Positions 19,973 through 29,722 of a stretch of 50,077 nucleotides of DNA are shown here, piece after piece. The stretch's first letter is position 1. Every line of letters begins with the position of its first letter. Made by a program: the position numbers and the translations under genes. The stretch is from the sequence record DRR723986_593. The stretch is one strand, 5' to 3'. The notes under the pieces were generated by a model. That model made no database searches, had not been told where the DNA came from, and worked only from the letters and a program-made list of their open reading frames with translations.

Positions 19973-20710
19973 TCAGCCGTTGCCGAGCGCTTCTCCCAGT
20001 GAGCGACCGAGAGCTGACTTCTCTCGCAAATCCAGACCGGAATGCAGATCGACGATGTGGCTCTTCTGGATCTTTTCGGCTGCAGCACCGTCGCGCTTTT
20101 CAAAGGCATTCATCAGGGCATGATGAGAGTGGCTTTCACAGGCAGTGTCTGAGCGTTTCCAGTAAAGAGCGATGATCAGCGAAGAGCGCGAGATCAGCGA
20201 TCGGATCATGCCGGCGAACACCCGATGGTCGGCGATATCCGCAATCTCCGTATGAAAGCTTCCGGACAGGAACAGCGCCTTGCCCATGTCACCGGCATGA
20301 AGAGCTGCATGTTCCGCATCCAGATGTGCGTGCAACTGCGCGAGCTGCCTGTCGGTGATGACATCGGCTGCCAACCTGGCCACGGCAGGCTCGATCAGGG
20401 CACGGGCCTGAAACACCTCGTGAGCTTCGCGGATCGACGGCTTTGCGACGAAGGCACCACGGTTCTTTTCCATGGAAACCAGCCCGGAATGGGCGAGTGC
20501 CTGCAACGCGGCGCGCACGACGGTACGGCTGACGCCATAAATTTCGCCCACCTCATCCTCAGACAGTTTCAGCCCCGGTGTCAGTTTGTGTTCCAGAATG
20601 GCAGTCTGAAGCTTCAGGCAGATTTCAAGGGCCCGTCCCTGAGGTAGGGCAAAGACTTCATGCAGCTTGCTGCGTTGATCAAGATCGGCTGTGGTCACAG
20701 GTTTGGTCAT
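19973..20710 (-). CDS. GntR-family (FCD-type) transcriptional regulator
   Basis: PGLKLSE..YGVSRTVVRAAL..L winged HTH, NRGAFV and FH.EIA motifs. Confidence 0.92.
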   Translation of the reverse strand: MTKPVTTADLDQRSKLHEVFALPQGRALEICLKLQTAILEHKLTPGLKLSEDEVGEIYGVSRTVVRAALQALAHSGLVSMEKNRGAFVAKPSIREAHEVFQARALIEPAVARLAADVITDRQLAQLHAHLDAEHAALHAGDMGKALFLSGSFHTEIADIADHRVFAGMIRSLISRSSLIIALYWKRSDTACESHSHHALMNAFEKRDGAAAEKIQKSHIVDLHSGLDLREKSALGRSLGEALGNG

Positions 20711-20784
20711 TTTTCTTGAAGTGCCCAATGGGGGTTGAGCGGTGCCTTGATCCTACTCCCCGCCACCCGAAGCGGCAATCTAGG

Positions 20785-20796
20785 ATCGTATACAAT
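20785..20796. promoter_or_regulatory. GntR-type operator candidate
   Basis: ATCGTATACAAT near-palindrome with a GTATAC core, between GntR and its divergent operon. Confidence 0.5.
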
Positions 20797-20819
20797 TTTT
20801 GTTCATATCGTATTTAATT

Positions 20820-20836
20820 TGCCAAAATATTGTGCA
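20820..20836. promoter_or_regulatory. NtrC-like enhancer site
   Basis: TGCCAAAATATTGTGCA fits TGC-N11-GCA with an AT-rich centre, about 75 nt upstream of a sigma54 motif. Confidence 0.55.
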
Positions 20837-20909
20837 CTTTTACCGATGAGAATTTGCTCATCGCTCCGCCTTCTCATCAGGATCTCCGGAATTCCGCCAG
20901 TTTTACGCG

Positions 20910-20926
20910 TTGGCACGGCACTTGCT
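20910..20926 (+). promoter_or_regulatory. Sigma54 (-24/-12) promoter
   Basis: TTGGCACGGCACTTGCT matches TGGCACG-N4-TTGCW exactly. Confidence 0.8.
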
Positions 20927-20969
20927 GTCTCAGGAGCCGAAAACGGTTTTCTGAAGGAGACGTCTGGCC

Positions 20970-21962
20970 ATGGCGAAGTCCCTGGACCTTGAACTGGCAG
21001 CCACCACCAAGATCTATGGCGAGACCATTGCGGTCGACGCGATCAATCACAAATTCGCCGCCGGCACCTATTCCTGCCTGCTGGGGCCATCGGGCTGCGG
21101 CAAGTCTTCAACCCTGCGAATGATTGCCGGCCATGAAAGCGTCTCCACCGGCGACATCGTTCTGGGCGGTACCAACATCACCGATCTTCCACCTGCCCGG
21201 CGCGGCACGGCGATGATGTTCCAGAACTATGCGCTGTTTCCGCATCTGTCCGTGGTCGATAACGTCGCCTTTTCCCAGAAGATGAAGGGTGTCGAAAAAC
21301 CTGTCCGGCTGAAGAAGGCCCGTCAGTTGCTGGAACTGGTGGATATGGCAGCCTATGCGGAACGGCTGCCTTCGCAGCTCTCCGGCGGTCAGCAGCAACG
21401 TGTTGCCCTGGCCCGTGCCTTGATCACCGAACCTTCCGTGCTTCTGCTTGACGAACCGCTGTCGGCACTCGATCCGTTCCTGCGTATCAAGATGCGGCTC
21501 GAGTTGAAGAAGCTGCAGCGCGAGCTCGGCATTTCCTTCATCCACGTCACGCACAGCCAGGATGAAGCCCTCGCGCTGGCGGACGACATCATCGTCATGA
21601 ACGGCGGCAAGATCGAGCAGGCAGGCAGCCCGCGCGACGTGTTCAACACGCCAACAACCGAGTTCGTCGCCCGCTTCATCGGTGGCCACAACGTACTGCA
21701 GCAGAAAGGCGCTTCGGTCGCGCTGAGGGCAGACAGGTTGAGGGTGAAAAAAGCGGCCGGAGACGACGGCGCCGTTCTGACGGCCTTCGTCAAGGATGTC
21801 GAATACCTCGGCTCCACCGTCAATCTGGCTCTCGATGCGGGGGGAGCCGGCGATCTGACGGCCGCTCTCACCGACGAAGCCTTTTTCCAGGATCCGATCG
21901 AAATCGGCGCAACCGTCTTCCTGACATGGAAGCCGGAAGACGCACACCAACTGGCTGCCTGA
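20970..21962 (+). CDS. ABC transporter ATP-binding protein (PotA-like)
   Basis: GPSGCGKSS, FQNYALFPHL, LSGGQQQRVALARA and VTHSQDEA motifs. AAGGAG SD. Confidence 0.95.
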   Translation: MAKSLDLELAATTKIYGETIAVDAINHKFAAGTYSCLLGPSGCGKSSTLRMIAGHESVSTGDIVLGGTNITDLPPARRGTAMMFQNYALFPHLSVVDNVAFSQKMKGVEKPVRLKKARQLLELVDMAAYAERLPSQLSGGQQQRVALARALITEPSVLLLDEPLSALDPFLRIKMRLELKKLQRELGISFIHVTHSQDEALALADDIIVMNGGKIEQAGSPRDVFNTPTTEFVARFIGGHNVLQQKGASVALRADRLRVKKAAGDDGAVLTAFVKDVEYLGSTVNLALDAGGAGDLTAALTDEAFFQDPIEIGATVFLTWKPEDAHQLAA

Positions 21963-22027
21963 AGGCTGCCGATCGAAGGCCTTCTCCCGAGGCCGAACAA
22001 ACTCCAGAGGGGAACAGGAGTAAGAAC

Positions 22028-23338
22028 ATGACAGATACAGTGGGAAAAACTGAACAGATGACCAAGAAAGGCGTCAGCCGCCGCAGCATCCTGAAAGGCG
22101 GCGCTGCAGCTGCCGGTGCGGCCCTGGGTTCGGGAGCCATCACCGGCTTCCCGACCATCTGGGCACAGAACATCAAGGACGTGACCCTGCGCCAGTTCGG
22201 CACCGGCGTGTCCAACCTCAACGAAGTAGCGCAGAAGGTGAAGGAAGATCTCGGCTTCACCCTGGAAATGACCGCTCTGGACAGTGACGCCGTCACCCAG
22301 CGTGCGGCGACCCAGCCGGACAGCTTCGACATTGCGGACATCGAATACTGGATCTGCAAGAAGGTCTGGCCGACCGGCAACCTGCAGGCAATGGACACCT
22401 CCAAGATCAAGAACTACGACAAGATCGTCGGCATCTTCAAAAGCGGCAAGCTGACGCCGGAATCCGTGATCGCACAAGGCACCGCTCCGCACACGGTCGG
22501 CTTTGTCGACGGTCCGGACGGCAAGGCGTTCGCCACCGAAGAAACCGGCTGGATGACACTCATCCCGACCATCTACAACGCCGACACACTCGGCATCCGT
22601 CCAGACCTGATCGGCCGCCCGATCGAAAGCTGGACCGAACTGCTGAACCCGGAATTCAAGGGCAAGGCATCGATCCTCGACATCTCTTCCATCGGCATCA
22701 TGGATGCGGCCATGGTTTGCGAAGCCATGGGCGAAATCCAGTATGGCGACAAGGGCAACATGACCCGCGAAGAGATCGACAAGACCATGGCGATCTTCAC
22801 CGAAGCCAAGAAAAACGGCCAGTTCCGCGCCTTCTGGAAGACCTTCGATGAAAGCGTCAACCTGATGGCGTCCGGCGAAGTCGTGATCCAGTCCATGTGG
22901 TCTCCGGCAATCACCGCCGTGAAGTCCCGCGGCATCGATTGCGTCTATCAGCCGCTGAAGGAAGGTTACCGGTCGTGGGGTGGTGGCATCGGTCTTTCCA
23001 AGAGCCTGACCGGCCTCGAACTGGAAGCAGCCTACGAATACATCAACTGGTATCTCGACGGCTGGGTCGGCGGCTTCCTGATGCGCCAGGGCTATTACTC
23101 GGCCGTGCCGGAAACCTCCAAGAACCACATGGACGAGAACGAGTGGGGTTACTGGTTCGAAGGCAAGGAAGCCACCGGCGACATCACCAACCCGTTCGGT
23201 GACGTTCTGGCGAAAGCCGGCGAAACCCGCGACGGCGGCTCGTTCTACGAGCGCATGGGTGCCGTTGCCTGCTGGAACGCTGTCATGGACGAGAACCAGT
23301 ACATGGTTCGCAAGTGGAACGAGTTCATCGCCGCCTGA
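22028..23338 (+). CDS. ABC substrate-binding protein (PotD/PotF-like) with Tat signal
   Basis: SRRSILKG twin-arginine motif and operon position. AGGAG before ATG 22028. Confidence 0.88.
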   Translation: MTDTVGKTEQMTKKGVSRRSILKGGAAAAGAALGSGAITGFPTIWAQNIKDVTLRQFGTGVSNLNEVAQKVKEDLGFTLEMTALDSDAVTQRAATQPDSFDIADIEYWICKKVWPTGNLQAMDTSKIKNYDKIVGIFKSGKLTPESVIAQGTAPHTVGFVDGPDGKAFATEETGWMTLIPTIYNADTLGIRPDLIGRPIESWTELLNPEFKGKASILDISSIGIMDAAMVCEAMGEIQYGDKGNMTREEIDKTMAIFTEAKKNGQFRAFWKTFDESVNLMASGEVVIQSMWSPAITAVKSRGIDCVYQPLKEGYRSWGGGIGLSKSLTGLELEAAYEYINWYLDGWVGGFLMRQGYYSAVPETSKNHMDENEWGYWFEGKEATGDITNPFGDVLAKAGETRDGGSFYERMGAVACWNAVMDENQYMVRKWNEFIAA

Positions 23339-23356
23339 GGCTGAGCCGACACACTG

Positions 23357-23382
23357 GTGCCCGGGAAACTTTTCCCGGGCAC
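23357..23382 (+). terminator. Intra-operon hairpin after the SBP gene (stabiliser or partial terminator)
   Basis: GTGCCCGGGAA-ACTT-TTCCCGGGCAC, perfect 11-bp stem. Confidence 0.65.
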
Positions 23383-23441
23383 TTCAAGACACCCGGGGCG
23401 AGCATGACACCCGCCTTCTCTACTTACCGGACCCGACCTTC

Positions 23442-24371
23442 ATGACGGATCAGACACAGTCCATTTCCAGCGTGGCCCCGGCTGCGAAAGCTCGTGCAAA
23501 GGCTCCCTTCAGCCTCAGCCGCCTGCCCGATGCCATGACCGGCTGGCTACTGTCGCTGCCTCTGGCGCTGGTGCTGTTCTTCTTTCTGGTTCTGCCGATT
23601 GCCATGATCGTCGTGGTGAGTTTCTGGGGGGCGACGGAATTCTCGATCTACCCTGCCTTCCAGTTCGACAACTACGAATTCCTGCTGACGTCTCCAGTGA
23701 CCTACCAGGTGTTCTTCAACACGGTGAAATACGCGCTGATCACCTGGGCGATCACACTGGTGATCGGGTTTACCGTTGCCTATTTCCTCGCCTTTCACGT
23801 GCGCACGCTGACCTGGCAGATCGTTCTGTTTCTGTTGTGCACGATCCCGTTCTGGACATCCAACATCATCCGCATGATTTCCTGGATCCCGTTCCTGGGC
23901 CGCAACGGCATCGCCAATTCCACGTTGATCTCGATGGGTGTCATTGACGAGCCTCTGGATTGGCTGCTCTTTTCCGACTTTTCGGTGATCCTGGCCTTTG
24001 TCCACCTCTACACGCTGTTCATGGTGGTCCCGATCTTCAACACAATGATGCGTATCGATCGCTCGCTGATCGAGGCAGCCTATGACAATGGCGCCACCGG
24101 TCTGCAGACACTCACCAACGTCATCATTCCGCTGACCAAACCCGGCATCATGATCGGTTCCATTTTTGTCGTCACGCTGGTGATGGGCGACTTCATTACC
24201 GTGCGCTTCATGTCCGGCAGCCAGAAGGCCAATGTCGGCAGGTTGATTTCCAATGACATCGCGCTTTTGCAATATCCCTCTGCCGCGGCAACAGCGGTCA
24301 TCCTGCTGATCACGGTGCTTCTGGTGATCTCGATCCTGCTGCGCTTCGTCGACATCCGGAAGGAGCTCTGA
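23442..24371 (+). CDS. ABC permease (PotB-like)
   Basis: IPFWTSNIIR and EAA loop SLIEAAYDNGA; hydrophobic. Confidence 0.92.
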   Translation: MTDQTQSISSVAPAAKARAKAPFSLSRLPDAMTGWLLSLPLALVLFFFLVLPIAMIVVVSFWGATEFSIYPAFQFDNYEFLLTSPVTYQVFFNTVKYALITWAITLVIGFTVAYFLAFHVRTLTWQIVLFLLCTIPFWTSNIIRMISWIPFLGRNGIANSTLISMGVIDEPLDWLLFSDFSVILAFVHLYTLFMVVPIFNTMMRIDRSLIEAAYDNGATGLQTLTNVIIPLTKPGIMIGSIFVVTLVMGDFITVRFMSGSQKANVGRLISNDIALLQYPSAAATAVILLITVLLVISILLRFVDIRKEL

Positions 24372-24373
24372 TC

Positions 24374-25213
24374 ATGGAAAAACGTTCCCGCTCCTTCTAT
24401 GCGCTTGCCGCGTTCTTTGGCCTTTTCCTGGTTTTCCTCTATGGCCCGACAGTCACCATCGCGATCCTGAGTTTTCAGGGACCGCAGGGCGGGCTGACCT
24501 TCCCGATGCGCGGCGTCTCGCTGCACTGGTTCCACGACCTGTTCGAACAACAGGCCGTCGGGGATATCTGGGGCAGTTTCTCGCGCTCGCTCGTTCTTGG
24601 TCTCATGGTCATGGTGACAACGGTCGTTGTCTCCGTCATGGGCGGCCTTGCCTTCCGCAAACGGTTTCCCGGGTCCGGTGCGATCTTCTATCTGATCATC
24701 ACCTCGCTGGTGATCCCGTCGATCCTGGTTTCGCTCGGCGTCGGCCTGATCTTCTCCCAGTCCGGCCTTGCCGTACATTGGTCGACCTCGGGCTTCGGCG
24801 CGCAGCTGACCTGGACCTTGCCCTTCGGCCTATTGATCATGTTCGCGGTTTTCAACCGTTTCGACAAATCCTACGAGGAAGCCGCGCGCGACCAGGGCGC
24901 AAGCGCCTGGCAGACTGTCCGTCATGTCGTGCTGCCGATAATCGCGCCGATGCTGATCGGGGTCGCCCTGTTCGGTTTCACCCTGTCCTATGACGAGTTT
25001 GCCCGCACGCTTCTGACGGCCGGCAGCTACAACACGTTGCCGCTGGAAATCTACGGCATGACAACAAACGTCACGACGCCGGTGATCTTTGCGCTCGGCA
25101 CTCTGACAACCGCCTTCTCCTTCGGCATCATCGGCCTGTTCCTGGCCATTGTCGTCATCCTGAACAAACGCAGGTCACGGCACGGCTCGGATGCCGGAAA
25201 GGGCATGGTCTAG
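24374..25213 (+). CDS. ABC permease (PotC-like)
   Basis: FLYGP, EEAARDQGA, FTLSYDEF and TLPLEI motifs. Confidence 0.92.
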   Translation: MEKRSRSFYALAAFFGLFLVFLYGPTVTIAILSFQGPQGGLTFPMRGVSLHWFHDLFEQQAVGDIWGSFSRSLVLGLMVMVTTVVVSVMGGLAFRKRFPGSGAIFYLIITSLVIPSILVSLGVGLIFSQSGLAVHWSTSGFGAQLTWTLPFGLLIMFAVFNRFDKSYEEAARDQGASAWQTVRHVVLPIIAPMLIGVALFGFTLSYDEFARTLLTAGSYNTLPLEIYGMTTNVTTPVIFALGTLTTAFSFGIIGLFLAIVVILNKRRSRHGSDAGKGMV

Positions 25214-25221
25214 GGCCTTAC

Positions 25222-25884
25222 ATGCGCGACATACACATCCTCGTCATCAATCCGAATTCCACGGCTTCAATGACGCAGAAGATCGCGGCGGCTGCTCGCG
25301 CCGCAGCCGGTCCCTTCAGCCGGATTACGGCCATCAATCCACTGGAGGGACCGGCAGCCATTCAGGGACCAGCGGATGGCGAGGCTGCCCTGCCCGGCCT
25401 GTTCGATCTCTTCGAGCGCTCGCTGAAGACCGACCCAAGCATCAGCGCGGTCATCATCGCATGCTTCGACGACACCGGCCTTTGGGAACTGAAGGCGAAA
25501 TCCCGCGTCCCGGTGGTTGGCATCGGCGAGGCGGCCTACCATGTTGCCTCCGTGGCGGCCGAACGGTTTTCGGTGATTACCACCTTGTCCGTCTCCGTAC
25601 CGGTGCTGGAAGAGAACCTGCAGCGCACCGGCCTTGCCTCCCGATGTGTCAGGGTGCGTGCATCGGACGTACCGGTTCTCGAACTGGAAAACCCCGAGAG
25701 CGATGCCCGGCACAAGATCGAGGCGGAAATCCAGGCCGCTCTGAGACTGGACAGCATCGGCGCAATCGCACTCGGTTGCGCGGGCATGGCGGATCTGGCC
25801 GCCGACCTGACGGCACAATTCAAGGTACCCGTCATTGATGGTGTAGCGTCCGCTGTGCGTCTTGCAGAGGCGATCACCGCCTAG
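25222..25884 (+). CDS. Asp/Glu/hydantoin racemase family (allantoin/hydantoin racemase-like)
   Basis: VINPNST, IACFDD and LGCAGM (both catalytic Cys present), PVIDGV. Confidence 0.9.
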   Translation: MRDIHILVINPNSTASMTQKIAAAARAAAGPFSRITAINPLEGPAAIQGPADGEAALPGLFDLFERSLKTDPSISAVIIACFDDTGLWELKAKSRVPVVGIGEAAYHVASVAAERFSVITTLSVSVPVLEENLQRTGLASRCVRVRASDVPVLELENPESDARHKIEAEIQAALRLDSIGAIALGCAGMADLAADLTAQFKVPVIDGVASAVRLAEAITA

Positions 25885-25899
25885 GCGTCCCCTCGCCTG

Positions 25900-26793
25900 C
25901 TAGTGGTCCAGAATGACGTCCGCCTCCGTGCGGAAGCTTTCCACGGCGGAAAAGAAAACGTCGAACAGCATGCTGCGCTCGTCGCCGAGCGAGAAAACCA
26001 CTTCCTCGTATTGGCGTTGCATGTCCGAGACCGGAACCCGGTGAACGACATCGGTTCGACCGGTTCCGAACCGCCACATGAAACCGACCCCGAGGCCATT
26101 GACCACTGCTTCATAAACCGCGTCACGGGTGTCCAGTGTCAAAAGAGGCGAAGGCTCGAACCCGGCAGAACGAAAGGCCCTGTCGACCACCCGTTGGGTG
26201 GAGGATCCCCTTGTCCGGAAAATCAGGGGTTCGGCCATCAGCCGTTCGCAGGTCACGGCCGCCTCCCGGGAAAGCGGGCTGTCGGGGTGGACGATGGCAA
26301 CGACATTCTGCCTTGCAAGCAAGGCGCGTCGGAAACGGCCATCCGCAGGCACATCCGGCAGCACACCGATGTCGACTTCGCGGGTCAGCACTGCCCGCGT
26401 GATCCGCTCATGCGAACCTGTTTCCACCGCGATTTCGATGCCCGGATGCCGCTTGAGAAACTGCGCGATCAACGCCATGCCCGGCATCGAATTTCCCAAT
26501 CCGATTTTCAAACGACCATTCAGCAAGGTGTTGTGGCGGGTCAAAAGCCGTGTTGCTGCACGTTCGGCTTCTGCCATGCGTTCGGCGACGTCGCATAGCT
26601 CGTTGCACAGCGGCGTTGGCGACAACACACCGTTTTTCCGGTCGAACAGGCGTACGCCGAATTCCGCTTCAAGGTCTTTCACATGACGCGCGACGGCCGG
26701 CTGCGAAATCTTCAGCGCCCGTGCCGCTGCAGCATATGAGCCTCCGGACGCGACCGCGTTGACCGCCCGAATGCGCGACAGGGAAAGGGTCAT
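25900..26793 (-). CDS. LysR-family regulator
   Basis: SYAAAARALKISQPAV..LEAEFGVRLFDR HTH; substrate domain R..GSSTQ...EAVVNGLGVG. Confidence 0.94.
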   Translation of the reverse strand: MTLSLSRIRAVNAVASGGSYAAAARALKISQPAVARHVKDLEAEFGVRLFDRKNGVLSPTPLCNELCDVAERMAEAERAATRLLTRHNTLLNGRLKIGLGNSMPGMALIAQFLKRHPGIEIAVETGSHERITRAVLTREVDIGVLPDVPADGRFRRALLARQNVVAIVHPDSPLSREAAVTCERLMAEPLIFRTRGSSTQRVVDRAFRSAGFEPSPLLTLDTRDAVYEAVVNGLGVGFMWRFGTGRTDVVHRVPVSDMQRQYEEVVFSLGDERSMLFDVFFSAVESFRTEADVILDH

Positions 26794-26823
26794 TCCAGGT
26801 TTTCTCCGATTAGCAAAGCCAAA

Positions 26824-26842
26824 GGTTTGATCACCTCAAACC
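26824..26842. promoter_or_regulatory. LysR operator candidate (T-N11-A)
   Basis: GGTTTGA-TCACC-TCAAACC perfect 7-bp arms; T26827 to A26839 is T-N11-A. Confidence 0.6.
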
Positions 26843-26853
26843 ATAGGTTCGCT

Positions 26854-26871
26854 CTGTTACGGCAGCGTCAC
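26854..26871 (+). promoter_or_regulatory. PhoB-box-like repeat upstream of the HAD/ABC operon
   Basis: CTGTTAC-GGCA-GCGTCAC with 11-bp period, a degenerate match to CTGTCAT-N4-CTGTCAT. Confidence 0.45.
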
Positions 26872-27007
26872 AGAGTGACGACAATTTGATTGCGATTTCA
26901 GCGGGCCACGGCAACAGAGCACGGCCCTTCCTGACCAGAACAATCCGCCTGCCGTACCGGCGGATCCTCAATGTCGATCGGTGGTACCGAAAAGCAATCG
27001 GATAGAT

Positions 27008-27832
27008 ATGGACTTCGCAATGCGGGCTCGCAAAACAACAACAATTCAATGGCTTGGCGCCGCGGACGTTGACGGTTATGCCGCAATCCTGTGCGATCTG
27101 GACGGTTGCCTGATAGCCGCCGGACGAGCATTGCCGGGCGCGGAAGATTTTGTCCGGGCTGCGGGCAAAAGACTATCGATCGTTTCGAACAACTCGGCCG
27201 ACACAAGCGTCACGCTATCGGCAAAACTGAACGCAATCGGACTGCCGCTGCCGCAGGAAAGCATCTTTCTTGCAGGTGAGCTGGCTGTGCGCACGATCGC
27301 AGCGGAACGTCCGGGCGCGCGCATCCATGTAATTGCCGAACAGCCGCTTCACGCTCTTGCAGCGGAGCTCGGCCTTGAGCGTGCGAACGACCGGACCGAC
27401 GTCGTCCTGCTTGCCCGCGATACAAAGTTCACCCTGACCGGACTGGAAAAGGCGTTGCGACAGCTGGAGCAAGGCGCAGAGCTGGTCGTGACCAATCCGG
27501 ATCTTTCCCACCCGAATGCGGACGGTCGCCCGGTGCCGGAAACCGGCTCCCTGCTTGTAGCCTTCAAGGCGTGCTGTCCGGAGATCGCGCCAAGGGTTAT
27601 CGGCAAACCTCAGCCGTTCCTCATCAACGCGGCACTTGAAGCTGCGGGCGTTCCGGCGAGCGAGGCTGTCTTTGTGGGCGACAACGCCGCGACCGACGGT
27701 GCAGCGGCAACCCTTGCCGGTCTCGATTTCATTCACCTCGTCGCAACGCCCTCGCCGATCGTGAACGGTGCTCCTGTGAAAGAGCCGATGCCGTCCGCTC
27801 ACCCATCGTCAGTGGAGGCGAGCGCATGCTGA
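27008..27832 (+). CDS. HAD-IIA (NagD-like) phosphatase
   Basis: DLDGCL motif I, SNNS, TNPD, IGKPQP and FVGD..TD motifs. Confidence 0.92.
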   Translation: MDFAMRARKTTTIQWLGAADVDGYAAILCDLDGCLIAAGRALPGAEDFVRAAGKRLSIVSNNSADTSVTLSAKLNAIGLPLPQESIFLAGELAVRTIAAERPGARIHVIAEQPLHALAAELGLERANDRTDVVLLARDTKFTLTGLEKALRQLEQGAELVVTNPDLSHPNADGRPVPETGSLLVAFKACCPEIAPRVIGKPQPFLINAALEAAGVPASEAVFVGDNAATDGAAATLAGLDFIHLVATPSPIVNGAPVKEPMPSAHPSSVEASAC

Positions 27833-28752
27833 CCTACGTTCTGCGAACCCTTTTGCGGATGGCGATCACCCTGTTCCTCATCGTGACGCTCGTCTTCTTC
27901 GCCACCAGGCTTTCCGGAAATCCGGTCGACTTCGTTCTCGGCGAAGGCATCACCAAGGAAGACCGGGCCCTCCTGATCGCTTACTACGGTCTGGATTCCC
28001 CCATCGGCACTCAGTACTGGCGCTATCTCAGCTCGGTATTTTCGGGCGAGTTCGGACTGTCTTTCCTGGAAAGGCGGCCGGTTTCGGAAATCGTTCTCGA
28101 ACGTGCATGGCCATCCTTGAAACTGCTGCTCAGCGCGGTGTGCTTCACACTGATAGTGTCCATACCGCTTGGCATTCTGGCCGCCATCTATCGCACCAGC
28201 ATCATCGGCAGCGTGGTGATGGTGATCGCCTTTCTCGGATATGCTGTGCCGTCCTTCATCATCGGCATCCTGTTGGTGCTGATCTTTGCCTACACGCTCA
28301 ACTGGCTGCCCGTTATTGGCGATGGAACGGCGCTGCATTTCATCATGCCGACGCTTGCCATTTCCGGCACGCTGGTTGCGGCGATCACCCGCTTCACCCG
28401 CAACGCCATGCTGGACGTGCTCAGCCAGGACTACATGCGTACGGCCCGGGCCAAGGGCCTGCCGGAGTGGATCGTCATTCTGAAGCACGGACTGCGCAAC
28501 GCGTCGATCACGCTGCTTTCCGTGGTCGGACTACAGATCGCCAGCCTCGCGGCGGCGGGTAGCGTTGTCGTGGAATCGATCTTCGCATGGCCCGGTATCG
28601 GCGATCTCCTCGTCCGGTCCGCCATCCTGCGTGACTACCCCGTCCTCCAGTTCGGTGTCCTGTCCGTCGCTGTCGCGGTCATCGTGATCAACGCAGTGGT
28701 TGACATCGCCTACGCCTTCGCGGATCCGCGCATCCGCCTTGCCAAGGGATAA
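27826..28752 (+). CDS. Peptide/opine-family ABC permease (DppB-like)
   Basis: [27 protein letters not shown] and DPRIR motifs. Confidence 0.94.
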   Translation: MLTYVLRTLLRMAITLFLIVTLVFFATRLSGNPVDFVLGEGITKEDRALLIAYYGLDSPIGTQYWRYLSSVFSGEFGLSFLERRPVSEIVLERAWPSLKLLLSAVCFTLIVSIPLGILAAIYRTSIIGSVVMVIAFLGYAVPSFIIGILLVLIFAYTLNWLPVIGDGTALHFIMPTLAISGTLVAAITRFTRNAMLDVLSQDYMRTARAKGLPEWIVILKHGLRNASITLLSVVGLQIASLAAAGSVVVESIFAWPGIGDLLVRSAILRDYPVLQFGVLSVAVAVIVINAVVDIAYAFADPRIRLAKG

Positions 28753-28756
28753 GCGC

Positions 28757-29659
28757 ATGACCGACGCAACACACAACCTGTCTTCGCCGCGTAATACCGG
28801 CACAAGAACATACCGTCTGCCGATCTGGTCGGATGCGAACTGGATTGTCCGGATCGCGCTTCTCATTGGCCTGATCCTGATCGTGACGGCACTCGCCGCC
28901 CCCTGGGTTGCCCCCTTCGACCCGAATGCCCAAAGCCTTATTTCCCGGCTGCGACCGCCAATCGGGTTCGAACGCTACAAGGACGGCTTCTATTTCGGCA
29001 CCGACGAACTCGGCCGGGACATCTTCTCCCGCTGCATCTACGGCCTGCGGCTGACCTTCGCACTCGCCCTTGCGGGAGCCGTTATCGGTCTTCTGATCGG
29101 CGGTACATTGGGTCTGATGGCCGGCATCATCGGCGGTGTTTTCGAAGAGGTCATCATGGGCCTGGTAGACGCGCAGATCGCCATACCCTTCACCCTGATC
29201 GCCCTTCTCATTCTGGCAGTCATGGGCTCATCCCTGGACGTGATGATCCTCGTGCTCGGTGTCTACGGCTGGGAGCAATACACGCGGATCGTGCGCGGTG
29301 AAGTAAAGAAGCTGATCCAGATGCCCTTTGTCGAAGCGGCACGTGCAGCAGGTGCTACGCCGCTCCGGATTGCGGTGAGGCACATCCTGCCCAATGTCGT
29401 CTCGCCGATCGTCGTCCAGTTCACACTGAACTTTTCCAACATCGTCATCCTGGAATCGACCCTGTCTTTCCTCGGTCTCGGCGTTCAACCGCCAACCGCA
29501 ACGCTCGGATCGATGGTCGGCATCGGCCGCGACTATCTGCCGACGGCCCCCTGGATCGTTCTCGCCCCTGCGATTGTGATCCTGCTCCTCACATTCGCAG
29601 TCCAGATCCTTGGCGACTGGCTGCGCGACAAGGCGGATGTCCGTCTCAGGTCCCGCTGA
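28757..29659 (+). CDS. Peptide/opine-family ABC permease (DppC-like)
   Basis: GTDELGRDIFSR, FVEAARAAGA and LSFLGLG motifs. Confidence 0.94.
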   Translation: MTDATHNLSSPRNTGTRTYRLPIWSDANWIVRIALLIGLILIVTALAAPWVAPFDPNAQSLISRLRPPIGFERYKDGFYFGTDELGRDIFSRCIYGLRLTFALALAGAVIGLLIGGTLGLMAGIIGGVFEEVIMGLVDAQIAIPFTLIALLILAVMGSSLDVMILVLGVYGWEQYTRIVRGEVKKLIQMPFVEAARAAGATPLRIAVRHILPNVVSPIVVQFTLNFSNIVILESTLSFLGLGVQPPTATLGSMVGIGRDYLPTAPWIVLAPAIVILLLTFAVQILGDWLRDKADVRLRSR

Positions 29660-29722
29660 CCCAACCCAACCACAGAAGCCGGAACGGCCAACGCTCCACC
29701 CTAGCAGCCTTGGAGGCTCGAT

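Noticed and set aside
21389-23128. 579-aa antisense ORF, and similar long shadow ORFs at 5341-6660, 8093-9322, 9447-10742 and 42062-43150
   Set aside because: They lie opposite well-supported genes and have no recognisable motifs. Such ORFs are expected from high-GC codon bias.
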